From positions 39,605,829-39,669,828 of the forward strand of contig JAUZTB010000001.1 of assembly GCA_034780895.1 (NCBI GenBank): a stretch of DNA of 64,000 nucleotides, in the 5' to 3' direction. The stretch comes from Rhynchobatus australiae (lineage: Eukaryota). This document shows positions 1 through 12,269 of this stretch, one piece after another; the stretch's first letter is position 1; every line of letters starts with the position of its first letter. A program made the translations under genes and the position numbers. The notes under the pieces are model-generated. The model searched no databases. It was not told where the DNA came from and saw only the letters and a program-made list of their open reading frames with translations.

Positions 1-400
1 TCCTGACTCCAGTCCTGTACCAGTGTGCCGCACTTGGGTTCTCTGTGAGCTTGCTCTTTGCTCAACATTGTGACAAAAGGGGTGGAGAGGGAAAAATGCC
101 ATTGGTGGTGGGATCTGTTGCAGCTGGTGGAAATGGTGAAGGATGATATGCTGGATGCAAAGGCTAGTGGGGCAAAAGAGAAGGACCAGGGGAATTCTCT
201 GTTCTGCCTTGGGGAATGAAAACAGATGTCTGGGAAACAGAAGAAATGTGAGTGACGGCTCCATCAACTATGGTAGAGGGGAAGCCATGTTTCCTGAAAA
301 AGGAGAACATTTCAGAAGTAAGAAGAACCATTGGGCCAACCAGGACGATCAGACCAGAAATCTGGAGAAGGTAAGTACACACCCAGGCACAGCTCCAAAA
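1..400 (-). mobile_element. Degenerate Penelope-like element fragment (region between RT and GIY-YIG domains)
   Basis: Minus-strand peptide LTSEMFSFFRKHGFPSTIVDGAVTHISSVSQTS is paralleled by SSFLLNHGFPSTTVDRTFNSLFSI at about 43500 in another copy. Confidence 0.7.
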
Positions 401-444
401 CTATCCTCAACAATCACAACTTGCACTCATACATTCAAAGAAAA

Positions 445-650
445 TTTGACTCTGAGCCACAAGGGGATATTAAGACAAGTGGCCAAAAACTTTGTGGAAG
501 CAGTGGTTTAAAGGAAAGAGGGGAAGAGAGGTAATGAGATTTAGGAAGGAAATTCTTGAGTTTATGGCCCAGATTAGTGAATAAACAGCCCTCATTATAT
601 GAGTGGTTGATATTGAGAAAAGGCAAAAGGAAAATGCAGTACAATGAAGC
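445..650 (-). mobile_element. Old L2-like LINE 3' fragment
   Basis: Purine-rich segment (gatttaggaaggaaattcttgagtttatggcccag) resembles similar relics at about 4930-5100, 15240-15480 and, inverted, 19790-19950. Confidence 0.4.
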
Positions 651-1545
651 CAAATAACCCAATCCAGATTAAATTGCCATTCCCCTTCTCAGAACATGTT
701 TTATTTTCATTGGTATTGTTCCAATTACATTATAATGATCTGTAAGTTACCAATGTATTTTATGAAGCAGTTCCTGTACATCTCTCAATCCAACCTCTTA
801 ATCTGCCCAATGCAGAAATGATGATCTCCTGTAAATTAGAGCCACAGGTCTCGATGATCGCATTAAGCATCTTTATTTTGAACTTCTGTCCTCAGGAGCT
901 CATTTAGAGCTGGAGACCAGAAATTTCTGAAATTACTTTTGCTTTGTTGTATTTATATCCAAGAATAATAGTCATAGAGTCATAATTAGATCCAATAATG
1001 TTGGATCCAAACTCAATATAGTATGCAATGTGGTCTGAACATTAAAAGACTGTCCTAAGTTTTTCAGCTCCTAAGCTCAATAGCTAATGCNNNNNNNNNN
1101 NNNNNNNNNNNNNNNNNNNNNNNNNNNNNNNNNNNNNNNNNNNNNNNNNNNNNNNNNNNNNNNNNNNNNNNNNNNNNNNNNNNNNNNNNNNNNNNNNNNN
1201 NNNNNNNNNNNNNNNNNNNNNNNNNNNNNNNNNNNNNNNNNNNNNNNNNNNNNNNNNNNNNNNNNNNNNNNNNNNNNNNNNNNNNNNNNNNNNNNNNNNN
1301 NNNNNNNNNNNNNNNNNNNNNNNNNNNNNNNNNNNNNNNNNNNNNNNNNNNNNNNNNGTAAGCAGAAATACATGCTGAAGATTCTCTCAAAGAAAATGCT
1401 TGCTCAATGATCACTTTTTCATTGCACACCCAGTGAAACAATGTTTTCTGGAAAGATTCAAGCACCAACCTCAGCACTTCTAACTTCAAAGGTTAATACA
1501 CGTTCATTTTAATTTATGATTATTTCATCCTCATCCAGTACTCAC

Positions 1546-1716
1546 CGAACAGAAATTGTTCTGTCCCCTTTTCTGCGGTCCATCTCTCTCTGAGGGACAG
1601 GATACCAGCGGAAGTTCAATTTCCAGTTAAAGCCACCATATGTCATATCAGAACCAGCCATGTATTCAAATGTATCATCACTAATTACATCTATAATTGG
1701 GCATACCACGGTTTTT
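1546..1716 (-). CDS. GALNT13: GalNAc-transferase internal coding exon, 171 bp: (R)[56 protein letters not shown](R)
   Basis: Absent from the ORF track; translated by hand from the reverse complement. Acceptor cttcttttcctatgcag ends at 1717 and donor gtgagt starts at 1545. CG+A forms Arg across the upstream junction. Confidence 0.95.
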
Positions 1717-2023
1717 CTGCATAGGAAAAGAAGCTGTAATTAAAGGCAAAGATTTTGAAAATCAACATCTTATTCAATATCTTCTATAGCTTAGTCCACT
1801 CAGAATATTCTGTTCATGCCTCAGGTAGCATTCTTGCCTTTAGGTCAGGATGCAACATCACAAATTTCTATCTTCAGATGAACTGTTAATCTGAAGTCAA
1901 ATCTGTTCTGTCAGATATATGTGNNNNNNNNNNNNNNNNNNNNNNNNNNNNNNNNNNNNNNNNNNNNNNNNNNNNNNNNNNNNNNNNNNNNNNNNNNNNN
2001 NNNNNNNNNNNNNNNNNNNNNNN

Positions 2024-2100
2024 AGATTCCACAGCACTATTTCAAACTGCAGGAAATGTGTCCCTGGTGCCTCAGCCAATGTTTATCCCTCAAGCAATAG
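2024..2100 (+). mobile_element. Deu-domain SINE relic (SacSINE1/AmnSINE1-like core)
   Basis: agattccacagcactatttcaaactgcagg...ggtgcctcagccaatgtttatccctcaagcaa resembles the recalled Deu-domain core. Confidence 0.5.
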
Positions 2101-4555
2101 TACTTACATGTTTCCTGCAGGGGGTGGACAATTAAAGATTTCTGTTAATGCCGTTGTGGAAATATGAAGGGGCTGACCCATTTTCCATATTACACAAATG
2201 ATTTCATTTTAAAGTACTTTACTGACCACGAAATCAATTGGAACATCCTAAGGTTATGAACATTGTTTCATAAATGTAATTTATTTTCTTCTAATATTTT
2301 AGATGAACAATTGCAAAACATATGCAAAAATAATTTTTGGAAAATATACAACATTTTTCAGCAGTTATTAAACTTTTCAATAATGAGGGTTTGTCCCAAT
2401 CTCAATTTTACCTCTCAATCTGTTTTGATTTAGCTGAGTCTGAACACTCCATAGTTAACTGTGTTAGCCACAAAGCAAACCCTGGCCAATGTTACATTTA
2501 TGAGGCTACCAGTGAAATTAATTTGCATACAGCTTTAATACAACCATGCCCAAGTGATGTATTAAGACAACAAAAGGTCATTTATCATCACCCAAAATTT
2601 GTATCCTTTGCAGTTATCTAGCTCAGTTCTTTACTCAATATGTAGAAGATCCCATGATNNNNNNNNNNNNNNNNNNNNNNNNNNNNNNNNNNNNNNNNNN
2701 NNNNNNNNNNNNNNNNNNNNNNNNNNNNNNNNNNNNNNNNNNNNNNNNNNNNNNNNNNCTACCCAAGGTCTAATAATGCTCTAATATTTCATTTAAGTAC
2801 CGAAAGAAGCAAAAGACTGATGGTACTTCAAATTGACTGACAAAATGATAGAGGTAATAGTGGTCATCTATCACTAGTGTGCTACACCACCTTACTTTAA
2901 TGCACATGATGCTTTGCACATTGTACACATTAGAATATCAGTCGTCGAAGGCCTTGAGCAAAGCCAGTGCAGGTCTCTCACTAAGCTTTTTAAAGGCATT
3001 GTTTCCATCCTGTGAAAATCTTCTACAGCTTGCAAGGAAAAAAAACTGTATGCATATACTAGTATCAAGAAGCAGTCTGACTGCCTCCACACATAATCCA
3101 AAGGTGTAACAATATGCCAATAACTATAATTTAAACTAAAAAGATTAAGGCAGAAAACTTTATCACTTGTGGCAATGTGTGTGTCTATGACACTTTGTTC
3201 ATGTTTGTGAATCAGACAATGAGTTATTGGGGGTTGCATAGTCTGTTTCTGATTATCTCCAGCTGTTGTTTTCCAAATTCACATCAAATATCCATATCCA
3301 CATCTAGGTCTTTGCAGATACACTCCAGAGACCAACACTGGAAGATCAAAGCTTTCTGCATTGCATCTTTCAAGAGATATTTGTGATTCCTTACAAGTTG
3401 CACTTGGTTCTCTAAGCTTTAATGGGGTTGAAACTACTTTGCTGAAGATTAGGCACATGGCTCCAGAAGCAATTCAGCTGTTTCAAACAACAGAGGGATA
3501 ATAATGAGGTTTTGTGGATTGGATATGTTTTTCCAGCTCCATTAACTGAATTTTTTTCTAAACAAAAAAGGGTGGCAGTACTGTGACAGATACATGGAAG
3601 AGCAATATTAACCTGTACAAGTGACGAAAGCATGGGAATGGATTTGAGCATTTCGATAAGATACCACAATGCAATATTCTTTTGGATACTAAAGTCAGAC
3701 ACTGCTACATCTTATCATCTAGTTCATACTGGTGCAGAGTACAAAGTTACTCAGTGCACAAGGGCCACTACTGATCTCCTTGTCACTGGTGCAGATGCTC
3801 CCTAGCTTGTGCTTGCCAGCTGCTGGATCACATCATCTTCATCTTGTTGACTACCTGCCTTTAGCAAATAGTTTTAGGATCTTCACAAAGCATCAGCAAC
3901 ACTATGAGTAATTAGGGTCTAACCAGTCACAGTGGCAACTAACACACATAAAAATCAAGTATGTCTTTTCACGTAAAGAGTCCCAGAAACATGCTGGTAT
4001 TTTCATGTCCCGGGTCTCTCAAGTGCAATCATATTTTCTCAGTTTACTATCATAGTAGTCATTCTGCACAACTACAATGATCCAAGAGTTAAAAGACTTA
4101 ACACTGGAGAAAGAAGAAGCTGATGTTGTAGAGAGAGTGACAGCAAGGACAAGCCAGAGTGAGCTTGCCAGAGATGGTGACAGACAGAATAAGAGGGAGA
4201 AATAAACAAGCAAGAGAACACAAGGAGATCCAGGTGGGAGTGAGGGAGAGCAGGCAGGAGCCCCTGGGACACTATCCCCACCCCCTCCCACCCCTACGAG
4301 GGTGAGAACAAATGGAGTCCAGATCAGAGGCCCAGACTTGATTCTTTTGTTTGAAAGCAGGGCTTGGTATGAATCAGAGCTCCCTCTCCAACCACTGGCT
4401 GAAGATCATGCTGACTCTGTGGTAATTACCCCAGCACCGGAAAGGGTGGAAGTTGCTTTGTCCCTAGGTCTACAGTTCTGCCTGGATCCAGATCTGAACT
4501 GGTGTTGACTCGGATTGCTTACTTTGCGCTGAAACTGACTCCAGTTCATCTCAGA

Positions 4556-4712
4556 GAACGCTGGAAACACTGAGTAGATCAGGCAACAACTGCCGAAGGA
4601 GACACAGTTAACTTTTCAGGTCCAGGAAGATGATTCTCTTTCCACAGATGCTGCCTGACTTGCTGAATGTTTCCAGGATTTTCAGTTTTTATTTCAGATT
4701 TCCAGCATCTGA
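4556..4712. repeat. Fold-back Penelope-3'-end-derived element, centrally deleted copy
   Basis: ctggaaacactgagtagatcaggcaac...tgctgcctgacttgctgaatgtttccagg form imperfect inverted arms. Same family as 5590-5815. Confidence 0.7.
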
Positions 4713-5589
4713 ATATCTTGATCTTCTTCTGGTTCATTTCAGTCACCAACAACAGCATGTAAAGAGAGAATGATGGGCAAACTTAGATCAGGCCAGGATG
4801 CACTTCCCAAGCTACTAGCCCCTCTCCCGAGATTTGGTGCTTCTCCCTTGGGCCTCCTGCTCCTGTCCTTTTGCTGTACCTTATGCAAAAAATAAGTCTT
4901 AATGCTGAAGCTTAGCAATGAATACTGTGGTTACGAGATGATGGGATACACACTTAGCAGTGGCAGGGTGAATGAAATCAGAATGCACAAGAGGCTAGAA
5001 TTAAAACACTGTAGAGGGAAAAGGTTCAGAGGATTGGAGAAGGATACAACCAGTGAAGAGGTTAGAACACCATGAGAATTTTAATGTTTATCACTAGAGG
5101 TTATAAAAGCAAAGGATTTTTCGGGTACTATTCAAAAATACTGGAATTATATTCCTACTTAATAGATCAAGTAAAATAGTTCACCTCAAAATTAATATTT
5201 CCAATTGTGCAATTAATTGCAACTTTTTAAAATGCTCAGTTACCTTATTACTGAAAGAAGAGAGAACAAAACATGAATGTGGCAAAGCTGAAAGCAGCAA
5301 GCTCGCTTTCAAACTCTAGCTTTGTCAAATGAACAATGGCTTGCGGTTTCTGCATGGCTGCACTAGTTTTGCCAGCATAATTTGCCCAAAGAGACATAAC
5401 TGGCATAAAATACCACAGAATTTTAAGTTCAGTTTATGTCTAATGTAAATCAAGTTACTTTCGTGTCATTTATAAAACATCCTGCTGGAAGCTGGTCCAA
5501 CAAGAAAACTAGCCCTGCTCCTACAGTGAAAGAACTACAAAACAGATTTGCACCAATTCCGAAAGGAAAGTGAAAATTAAAGTGAGCTG

Positions 5590-5815
5590 CAGATGCTGGA
5601 AATCAAAAACAAAAACATAAAATGCTGGAAATACTCAGCAGGTCAGGCTCCATCTGTGGGAAAAGAAACAGAGTTAACATTACCAGTTGAAGACCCTTCA
5701 TCAGAAATGGGGTCAGAACTAATTCTGATGAAGGGCCTTCAACCCGAATCATTAACTCTGTTTCTCTTCCCACAGATGTGGCCTGACCTGCTGAGTATTT
5801 CCAGTATTTTGTGTT
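5590..5815. repeat. Palindromic Penelope-3'-end-derived element with about 93-bp inverted arms and decayed hammerhead cores on both strands
   Basis: Arm 5614-5706 is the imperfect reverse complement of 5723-5815, with a spacer of about 16 nt. CTGATGA occurs at 5725-5731 (+) and 5698-5704 (-). Confidence 0.85.
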
Positions 5816-7791
5816 TACTTTACTAATCCCATTTGTTTGTTGGTCAATGAGGTTCCAAAACTTGTTTCATTTTGCTCTTTGAATGCTTTAAAAGCTTTTT
5901 TTATGAATGTAATTTAAAATTGGGTTATAATTGGTGGACTGTCACTGCCTTTTCAGCTGTACTAATTAAATTCACATCTAAAAAAAATTAAGCCACTATC
6001 CAATTATATTGAGGTAAAGCAGGATTTGTCTTCAGCAATAAATGTGTTTGAGCAGAAATTTATGGCATAATTTGCACCTAGATCACCAAATGCACCCACA
6101 GTAGAATCTTTCCCTTAATGATTATACAGACTCACTGGTATTGTTAATAGAACTTTAATTTATTAGTTAAGAAATTAATGTGTCCAAAGATAACGAAGAA
6201 ACAAAATCACAAGAAACAAACAAAAACGTGTTCAGAAACAGAACTTTGAAACTATATTATGCTGGGTGAGAAGCTTTCTTTTTAATGGTTTGAGACTCCA
6301 ATCACATTCAACAGATAGATGATGGGAACACTATGCCAGATCTCTCATAATAAAATTGGTCCTAAAGTTTTTCCTGTCTGCTGAATTCCACCTTCAACAG
6401 TTGCAACTTCTGGTCGATAACAAAAAACACAGAAAATTGAAAAACAGCTACTTTTCTAGAATTCCAAGTTATTCCAAGTTAAAATAACTACTGGGAACAT
6501 CCCAAAGAAATTTCAGTTCCTTAGTGAAAGCAGTGAAAAGGCATCCCAACCTAAAGTGCAAACTGGAAATATGTGACGTCAGTGAAACCAAATTCACAGC
6601 AATTAATTCTTTGATGAATTATGTGCTCTACTGCACCCTAAACAAAGACTGGGGCATTTTAAGTCATGTGAAAAACAAAAGAGAAAAAATTCCTAAAATT
6701 CAATGTAAACATGACATTAAATCTTTTTTAACCCAAGCTTCAAATCAACACAAATTATGGCCAGCTTTGAATCAATCTCTGTACCAAACATTTTCTAATC
6801 TATAAGTACAGCAGCTCTTGAAAACTAAATCAGGGCTTTATTGACATTTTCCCATTACTAAAATAGCTAATAAGTTTTCTCCTTTATTAGCTGCCAAACA
6901 TTTATTCATTGTCCATATAACACTCAATGAAAACTTAATTGTTCTCCACAGTAACANNNNNNNNNNNNNNNNNNNNNNNNNNNNNNNNNNNNNNNNNNNN
7001 NNNNNNNNNNNNNNNNNNNNNNNNNNNNNNNNNNNNNNNNNNNNNNNNNNNNNNNNNNNNNNNNNNNNNNNNNNNNNNNNNNNNNNNNNNNNNNNNNNNN
7101 NNNNNNNNNNNNNNNNNNNNNNNNNNNNNNNNNNNNNNNNNNNNNNNNNNNNNNNNNNNNNNNNNNNNNNNNNNNNNNNNNNNNNNNNNNNNNNNNNNNN
7201 NNNNNNNNNNNNNNNNNNNNNNNNNNNNNNNNNNNNNNNNNNNNNNNNNNNNNNNNNNNNNNNNNNNNNNNNNNNNNNNNNNNNNNNNNNNNNNNNNNNN
7301 NNNNNNNNNNNNNNNNNNNNNNNNNNNNNNNNNNNNNNNNNNNNNNNNNNNNNNCCTGCTCAAACCGGATAATTTCAACATGGTTTGAACTGACAAAATT
7401 CTTCAGATATTGTGCAATGACTAAGGCTTATGGCTGGAACTAAGATAGAGTTCTATTAAATGAAGGGATTGGAAGAGGCTTCAGATGGTATGTTTCAAAT
7501 GTTAGTAACCTTAGGGAAATGACTGAGGCCGAAAAAAGTAACATTCTTAGCTTAAATATGATGCTTCAGACAGCCTAGATCAGGACCTGAGATCATTCTA
7601 TAACTGCAAGCACAACCGACACTTTTATGACTTTGTAGAAATAAAATTTATTTTTCTGACCTGTGAGGCAATAACATGGGATCAGGTCCAGAAATGTTTT
7701 GAAATTAAATAATATTTAAGAAGATTTTTTAAAAATCACACACATGGCATATGTATTATTCATTTCTGATAGAGACATCAATAGAACATAC

Positions 7792-7999
7792 CGGTTTTCT
7801 TTTATTCTTGCAAGTAAGGGCTCAAGCCATCCAACAGTGCATTCACAGTGTGCATCCAGAAAAGTAATGACCTGGCCCTTTGAAGCAGCTGCACCCCGAA
7901 GCCTGGCACGAATCAATCCTGATCGTTGCTCCATCCTAATTATCTTCACTGGAACTTGCAAATTCTTAACATAATTCTCCAAAGGTTTCTTCAAAAAAT
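7792..7999 (-). CDS. GALNT13: GalNAc-transferase internal coding exon, 208 bp: [69 protein letters not shown](R), contains the Mn-binding DXH motif
   Basis: Near identity to recalled GALNT13/GALNT1 sequence, including FLDAHCEC. Acceptor ctctgcag ends at 8000 and donor gtatgt starts at 7791. G+AT forms Asp across the upstream junction. Confidence 0.95.
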
Positions 8000-9429
8000 C
8001 TGCAGAGAAGTGATTCAAACTAATTTACTCACAATAAAAAAAAATCTGTAAAAATAATTATTTCTTATTTTGTGAAATCCTTTTCTTTAAAAAAGTCTCT
8101 TTTGAAAGTAGGAGCTGCAACATATCATGGCATCAGTTGATTAAGTGATTCCTTTGTTTTATCTGTGCAAAGCAACAATAGACACAGTGGCACTTTGTGG
8201 AAGGTTGCACTAGTTGAAAAGACCCATCATTACACCTTACGTTCCAAATATTTGCTAAGAATCCACTTCAGTTTCCTATGTAAATTGACAAAAGAGGGCA
8301 AAGTTTAAGGCCAAAAATGCAAGACATCAAAAACATTGAGAAAAACAGGAGAGAAGATGAGATACAACGGGTAAATATACATAATACCAAATTTGATCTA
8401 TAATATCAATATAATATGAGGAAAAATATATCATGACCATTGTAATTAGAAGGAAATATAAGATCATAGTTAATTGTTTTCTTGCAGGATCAGAAACTAT
8501 TTGTTGTCAATACCAAACCATTAGATCTAAGGTTTTCATTCTACTTGTTGACTTTATTTTAAAAAAAACAGCTTCTTGACTTAAACAAAGCATAGCAATG
8601 CGTTACATTAGTAACAAGCAAATAGTATATTCAATCACATTTTGTGTTTTTGAGTTAGTACTATACAAGATTGAAGCACAGAAATTGCCAACAGTGCCAC
8701 TTTGTTCACAATACTAGTTCTGGCCCCTTATCACAACTCTGACTTCCCAAACACCACCCCACACCAACATGTTTCTTCACTGCCAAAGAAAATTGGAAAA
8801 ACATTTAAAGAATATAATATTCTCTATTTCAATTGATTGCTTTGTTCAAATATTACATGCTCCAACAAACTTCTGTCTAAAATGTTGCACTGGTATTCTC
8901 TCACTCTCTTCTTAACAACCATATATTAAGGATTTTTCATCACTGATTCTTCCTATCCACACCCTTTATAATTCTGCAAAATGAAACCTTTTCATAGCCA
9001 CACTCTGCAAAACTCACAGTACCTTAAATCTCCTAATTTTCAGTCCTCACTTTAGAACCCATAAGACACAGAAAGTGTTCCTAAGTGTAACTATTGCTGC
9101 CTTTAAGTTTATCATACTTTCGTATTCTATGCCACAGTTTATTGAATCCAAGCTTCAGCTGCTCATTATGATTGCTTCAGACAACTGAGTCATGGAAATT
9201 GGCCCTTCAATTACTGATGCACTGTTACTGAAATATCATCTTTGCTGCTTATGATGTTACGCCTCCTCGCCATCAAAGTTTTGGTAAAATTGCTGTGAAA
9301 ACCCCAAATTCAAGCATTCAAATGACATCACTCAATATGTAATTGTTTATCTTTAAAAATGTTATTCCACATGATAGTGCATTAACCATCTCTCTGACCT
9401 ACTAGCTTGTCTATGTCCTCAATTCTTTT

Positions 9430-11910
9430 AGAACATTGAACAGTGCAGCACAGGAACAGGCCCTTCAGCCATGATGTCTGTGTCGACCCTGATATCAAAT
9501 TAAATCAATTCTATTTGCCTCCATTTCTTGCAGGTTCATGTGCATGTATAAATGCCTTTTAAATGTCACTATCGTATCAACCTCCACCACACCCCCAGCA
9601 GTGCATACCAGGCACCTACCACTCTCTCGGAGTTAAAAAAACAAACTTGCTTCATACATCTCCTTTAAACTTTCCCCCTCTCACCTTAAATTAATATCCT
9701 CTATATCTTCTCCACCCTGGGAAAAAAATTCTACCCCTATCTATGCCTCTCATAATTTTATAAATCTAATTAGATCTTCCCTCACTCTCCAATGTTCTGA
9801 AGAACACAATCTAAGTTTGTCTAACCCCTCCTTATAGCTGATATTTTCTAATCGAGGCAACGTCCTGGTGAACCTCTTCTCCAACCTCTCCAAAGCCTCC
9901 ACATTCTTCCTGTACTGAGGCGATCAGAACAGCGCACAATACTCCAAATGTGGCCTAACCAAAGTTTTATACAGCTACAACATAATTTCCCAACCTTTAT
10001 ATAGCGTGCCCCAATCAATGAAGGCAAGTAAGCTATGTGCCTTCTTTACCACTCTACCTACTTGTGTTGCCACTTTCAGGGAGCTGCGGAACTTGCACCT
10101 CAAGATCCCTCTGTATATGAACATGCGAGAGAAAAGCATACATTGACTGGCATGCTCCTAAAGGTGCTGCCATTTAATGCATGCTTTCCTCTTACATTTG
10201 ATCTCCCAAAATGCAACACCTCGCACTTGTCTGGATTAAACTCCCTCTGCTGTTTCTCTGCCCATATCTCCAGCTGATCTATATCCACTGTATCCTCCAA
10301 CAACCTTCCTCATTATCCACAACTCCATCAATTTTTGTGCCATCTGCAAACTTACTAAGCAGCCCATCTGGATCTTTGTCCAAGTAATTTATATATGTGT
10401 AAAACAAAAGGTCCCAGCACTGATCCCTATGGAACACCACTGGTCACAGACCTTCAGTCGGAGAAGTACCCCTCCACCAATACCCTCTGTCTTCTAGGGC
10501 CAAGTCAATTTTGAATCTAATCTACCAAATCACCATGTATCTTAGTCTTCTGGATCAGACTACCATGAGGGACCTTGTCAAACGCCTGACTAAAATCCAC
10601 GTAGACAACATTCACTGCCCAACCCTCATCACCTCCCCAAAAAAATCAATCACGTTCATAAGACATGACCTGCCCCACACAAAGCCATGCTGACTGTCCC
10701 TAATAAGCCCATGCTTTTCCAGATGTGAGAAAATCCTGCNNNNNNNNNNNNNNNNNNNNNNNNNNNNNNNNNNNNNNNNNNNNNNNNNNNNNNNNNNNNN
10801 NNNNNNNNNNNNNNNNNNNNNNNNNNNNNNNNNNNNNNNGCTAAGAATTCTCTTCCATAGCATTCCCACCACTGATGCAAGGCTCACCAGTGAATAATTT
10901 GCAGGATTATCCGTGTTACCTTTCTTAAACAATGAAACAACATTACCTACTCTCCAGTCCTCTGGGACATCACCTGTAGCTAAAGAGGATACAAAGATCT
11001 CTGCCCCGACAATCTCCTCTTGCCTCTCTCAACAATCTGGGATAGATCCCATTAGGCCCCAGGAATTCATCCATCTTAATGTTCTTCAATAAACAAAAGA
11101 CACTCATCAACTTTTATCGATGCACCATAGAATGCATTACGGCTTGGTATGGCAACTGCTCTACCCAAGACCGCAAGAAACTGCAGAGAGTTATGGACAC
11201 AGCCCAGCGCATCACAGAAACCAGCCTCCCCTCCACGGATTCTGCCTGTACCTCTTTGCTGCCTTGGTGAAGCAGCCAGCATAATCAAAGACCCCATCCA
11301 CCCGGCTCATTCTCTTTTCTCTCCTCTCCCATCAGACAGAAGATACAGGAGCCTGAAGGCATATACCACCAGGCTCAAGGACAGCTTCTATCGCACTGAG
11401 ATAAGACTATTGAACGGTTCCCTTATACGATGAGATGGACTCTTAACCTCACAATCTAACTTGTTGTGACCTTGCACCTTATTGTCTACCTGCACTGCAC
11501 TTCATCTGTAGCTGTGACACTTTACTCTGTCCTGTTATTGTTTTTACATGTCCTCAATGCACTCTGCAGTACCTCAATGCACTCTGTACTAATTCAATGT
11601 AACTGCACTGTAATGAATTGATCTGTACAATCGGTATGCAAGATAAGTTTTTCACTGTACCTTCGTACAAGTGACAATAATAAACCAATACACCTCCTCC
11701 TTCTTGATATCAAGATTCCCTCGAATATTAGCATGCCCCACACTGATCTCACCATCCTCCATGTCCTTCTCCTTGGTGGATACTAATGCAAAGTATTCAT
11801 TTAGTATCTCACCCACTTCCTCTGGCTCCAGGCATAAATTTCCTCCTTTGTCCATGAGTGCCCCCTAGCTACCCTCTTGCTTTTAATGTGTATATAAAAT
11901 GCCTTGGGAG
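9430..11910 (-). mobile_element. CR1 (HER1-like) LINE, 5'-truncated, degenerate ORF2, interrupted by a Rex-like insertion
   Basis: Minus peptides FKKGNTDNPANYSLVSLASVVG, HLEKHGLIRDSQHGFVWGRSCLMNVIDFF and WAEKQQREFNPDKCEVLHFGRSN are typical CR1 RT. The 3' tail lies at about 9430-9480. Confidence 0.9.
11097..11690 (+). mobile_element. Rex/Babar-like LINE 3' fragment nested in CR1
   Basis: Peptides TLINFYRCTIE-CITAWYGNCSTQDRKKLQRVMDTAQRIT and IIKDPIHPAHSLFSPLPSDRRYRSLKAYTTRLKDSFY. The 3' UTR ends gtgacaataataaaccaat. CR1 sequence continues on both sides. Confidence 0.85.
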
Positions 11911-12269
11911 GTCTTTTGCAGTCTTTTACTCTTTAATATTTGTGAAACCCCTTGATGTGATTGGACATCATGCTCCCCATGCCAAAGCACAAATCACCAA
12001 AACAGATTAAGAACAAATGTGGGCACTGACCTGTTCTAACAGATCAATTAATAATCTAGAAGTTTTGAAAAAAAAGTCTTCATAATGCTACTGGATTGCA
12101 ATAAAAACTTAACTAATGTCCTTATAGGCTCCTGATCTGCAGCAAACTCCTAACTTCCCTCTGAAACAGTTGACTAAGTCAACTTTAACTGCTGCATTGA
12201 AACAGAAAAAAATATAAAACTGGCATTGACCTACACACCTTTTTTCAGATACAACATTATTCCCAGCCC

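Larger units (their letters stand above)
1717..7791 (-). other. GALNT intron, 6075 bp as assembled (includes gaps)
   Basis: GT...AG bounded between consecutive exons. Confidence 0.9.

Noticed and set aside
7716-8018. ORF 7716-8018 (and likewise 20770-21027) as complete small proteins
   Set aside because: Only the splice-bounded central parts match GALNT; the extensions are intronic read-through.
9430-11910. Potentially active autonomous retroelement
   Set aside because: This and every other LINE/Penelope copy in the window is truncated and frameshifted or stop-interrupted.
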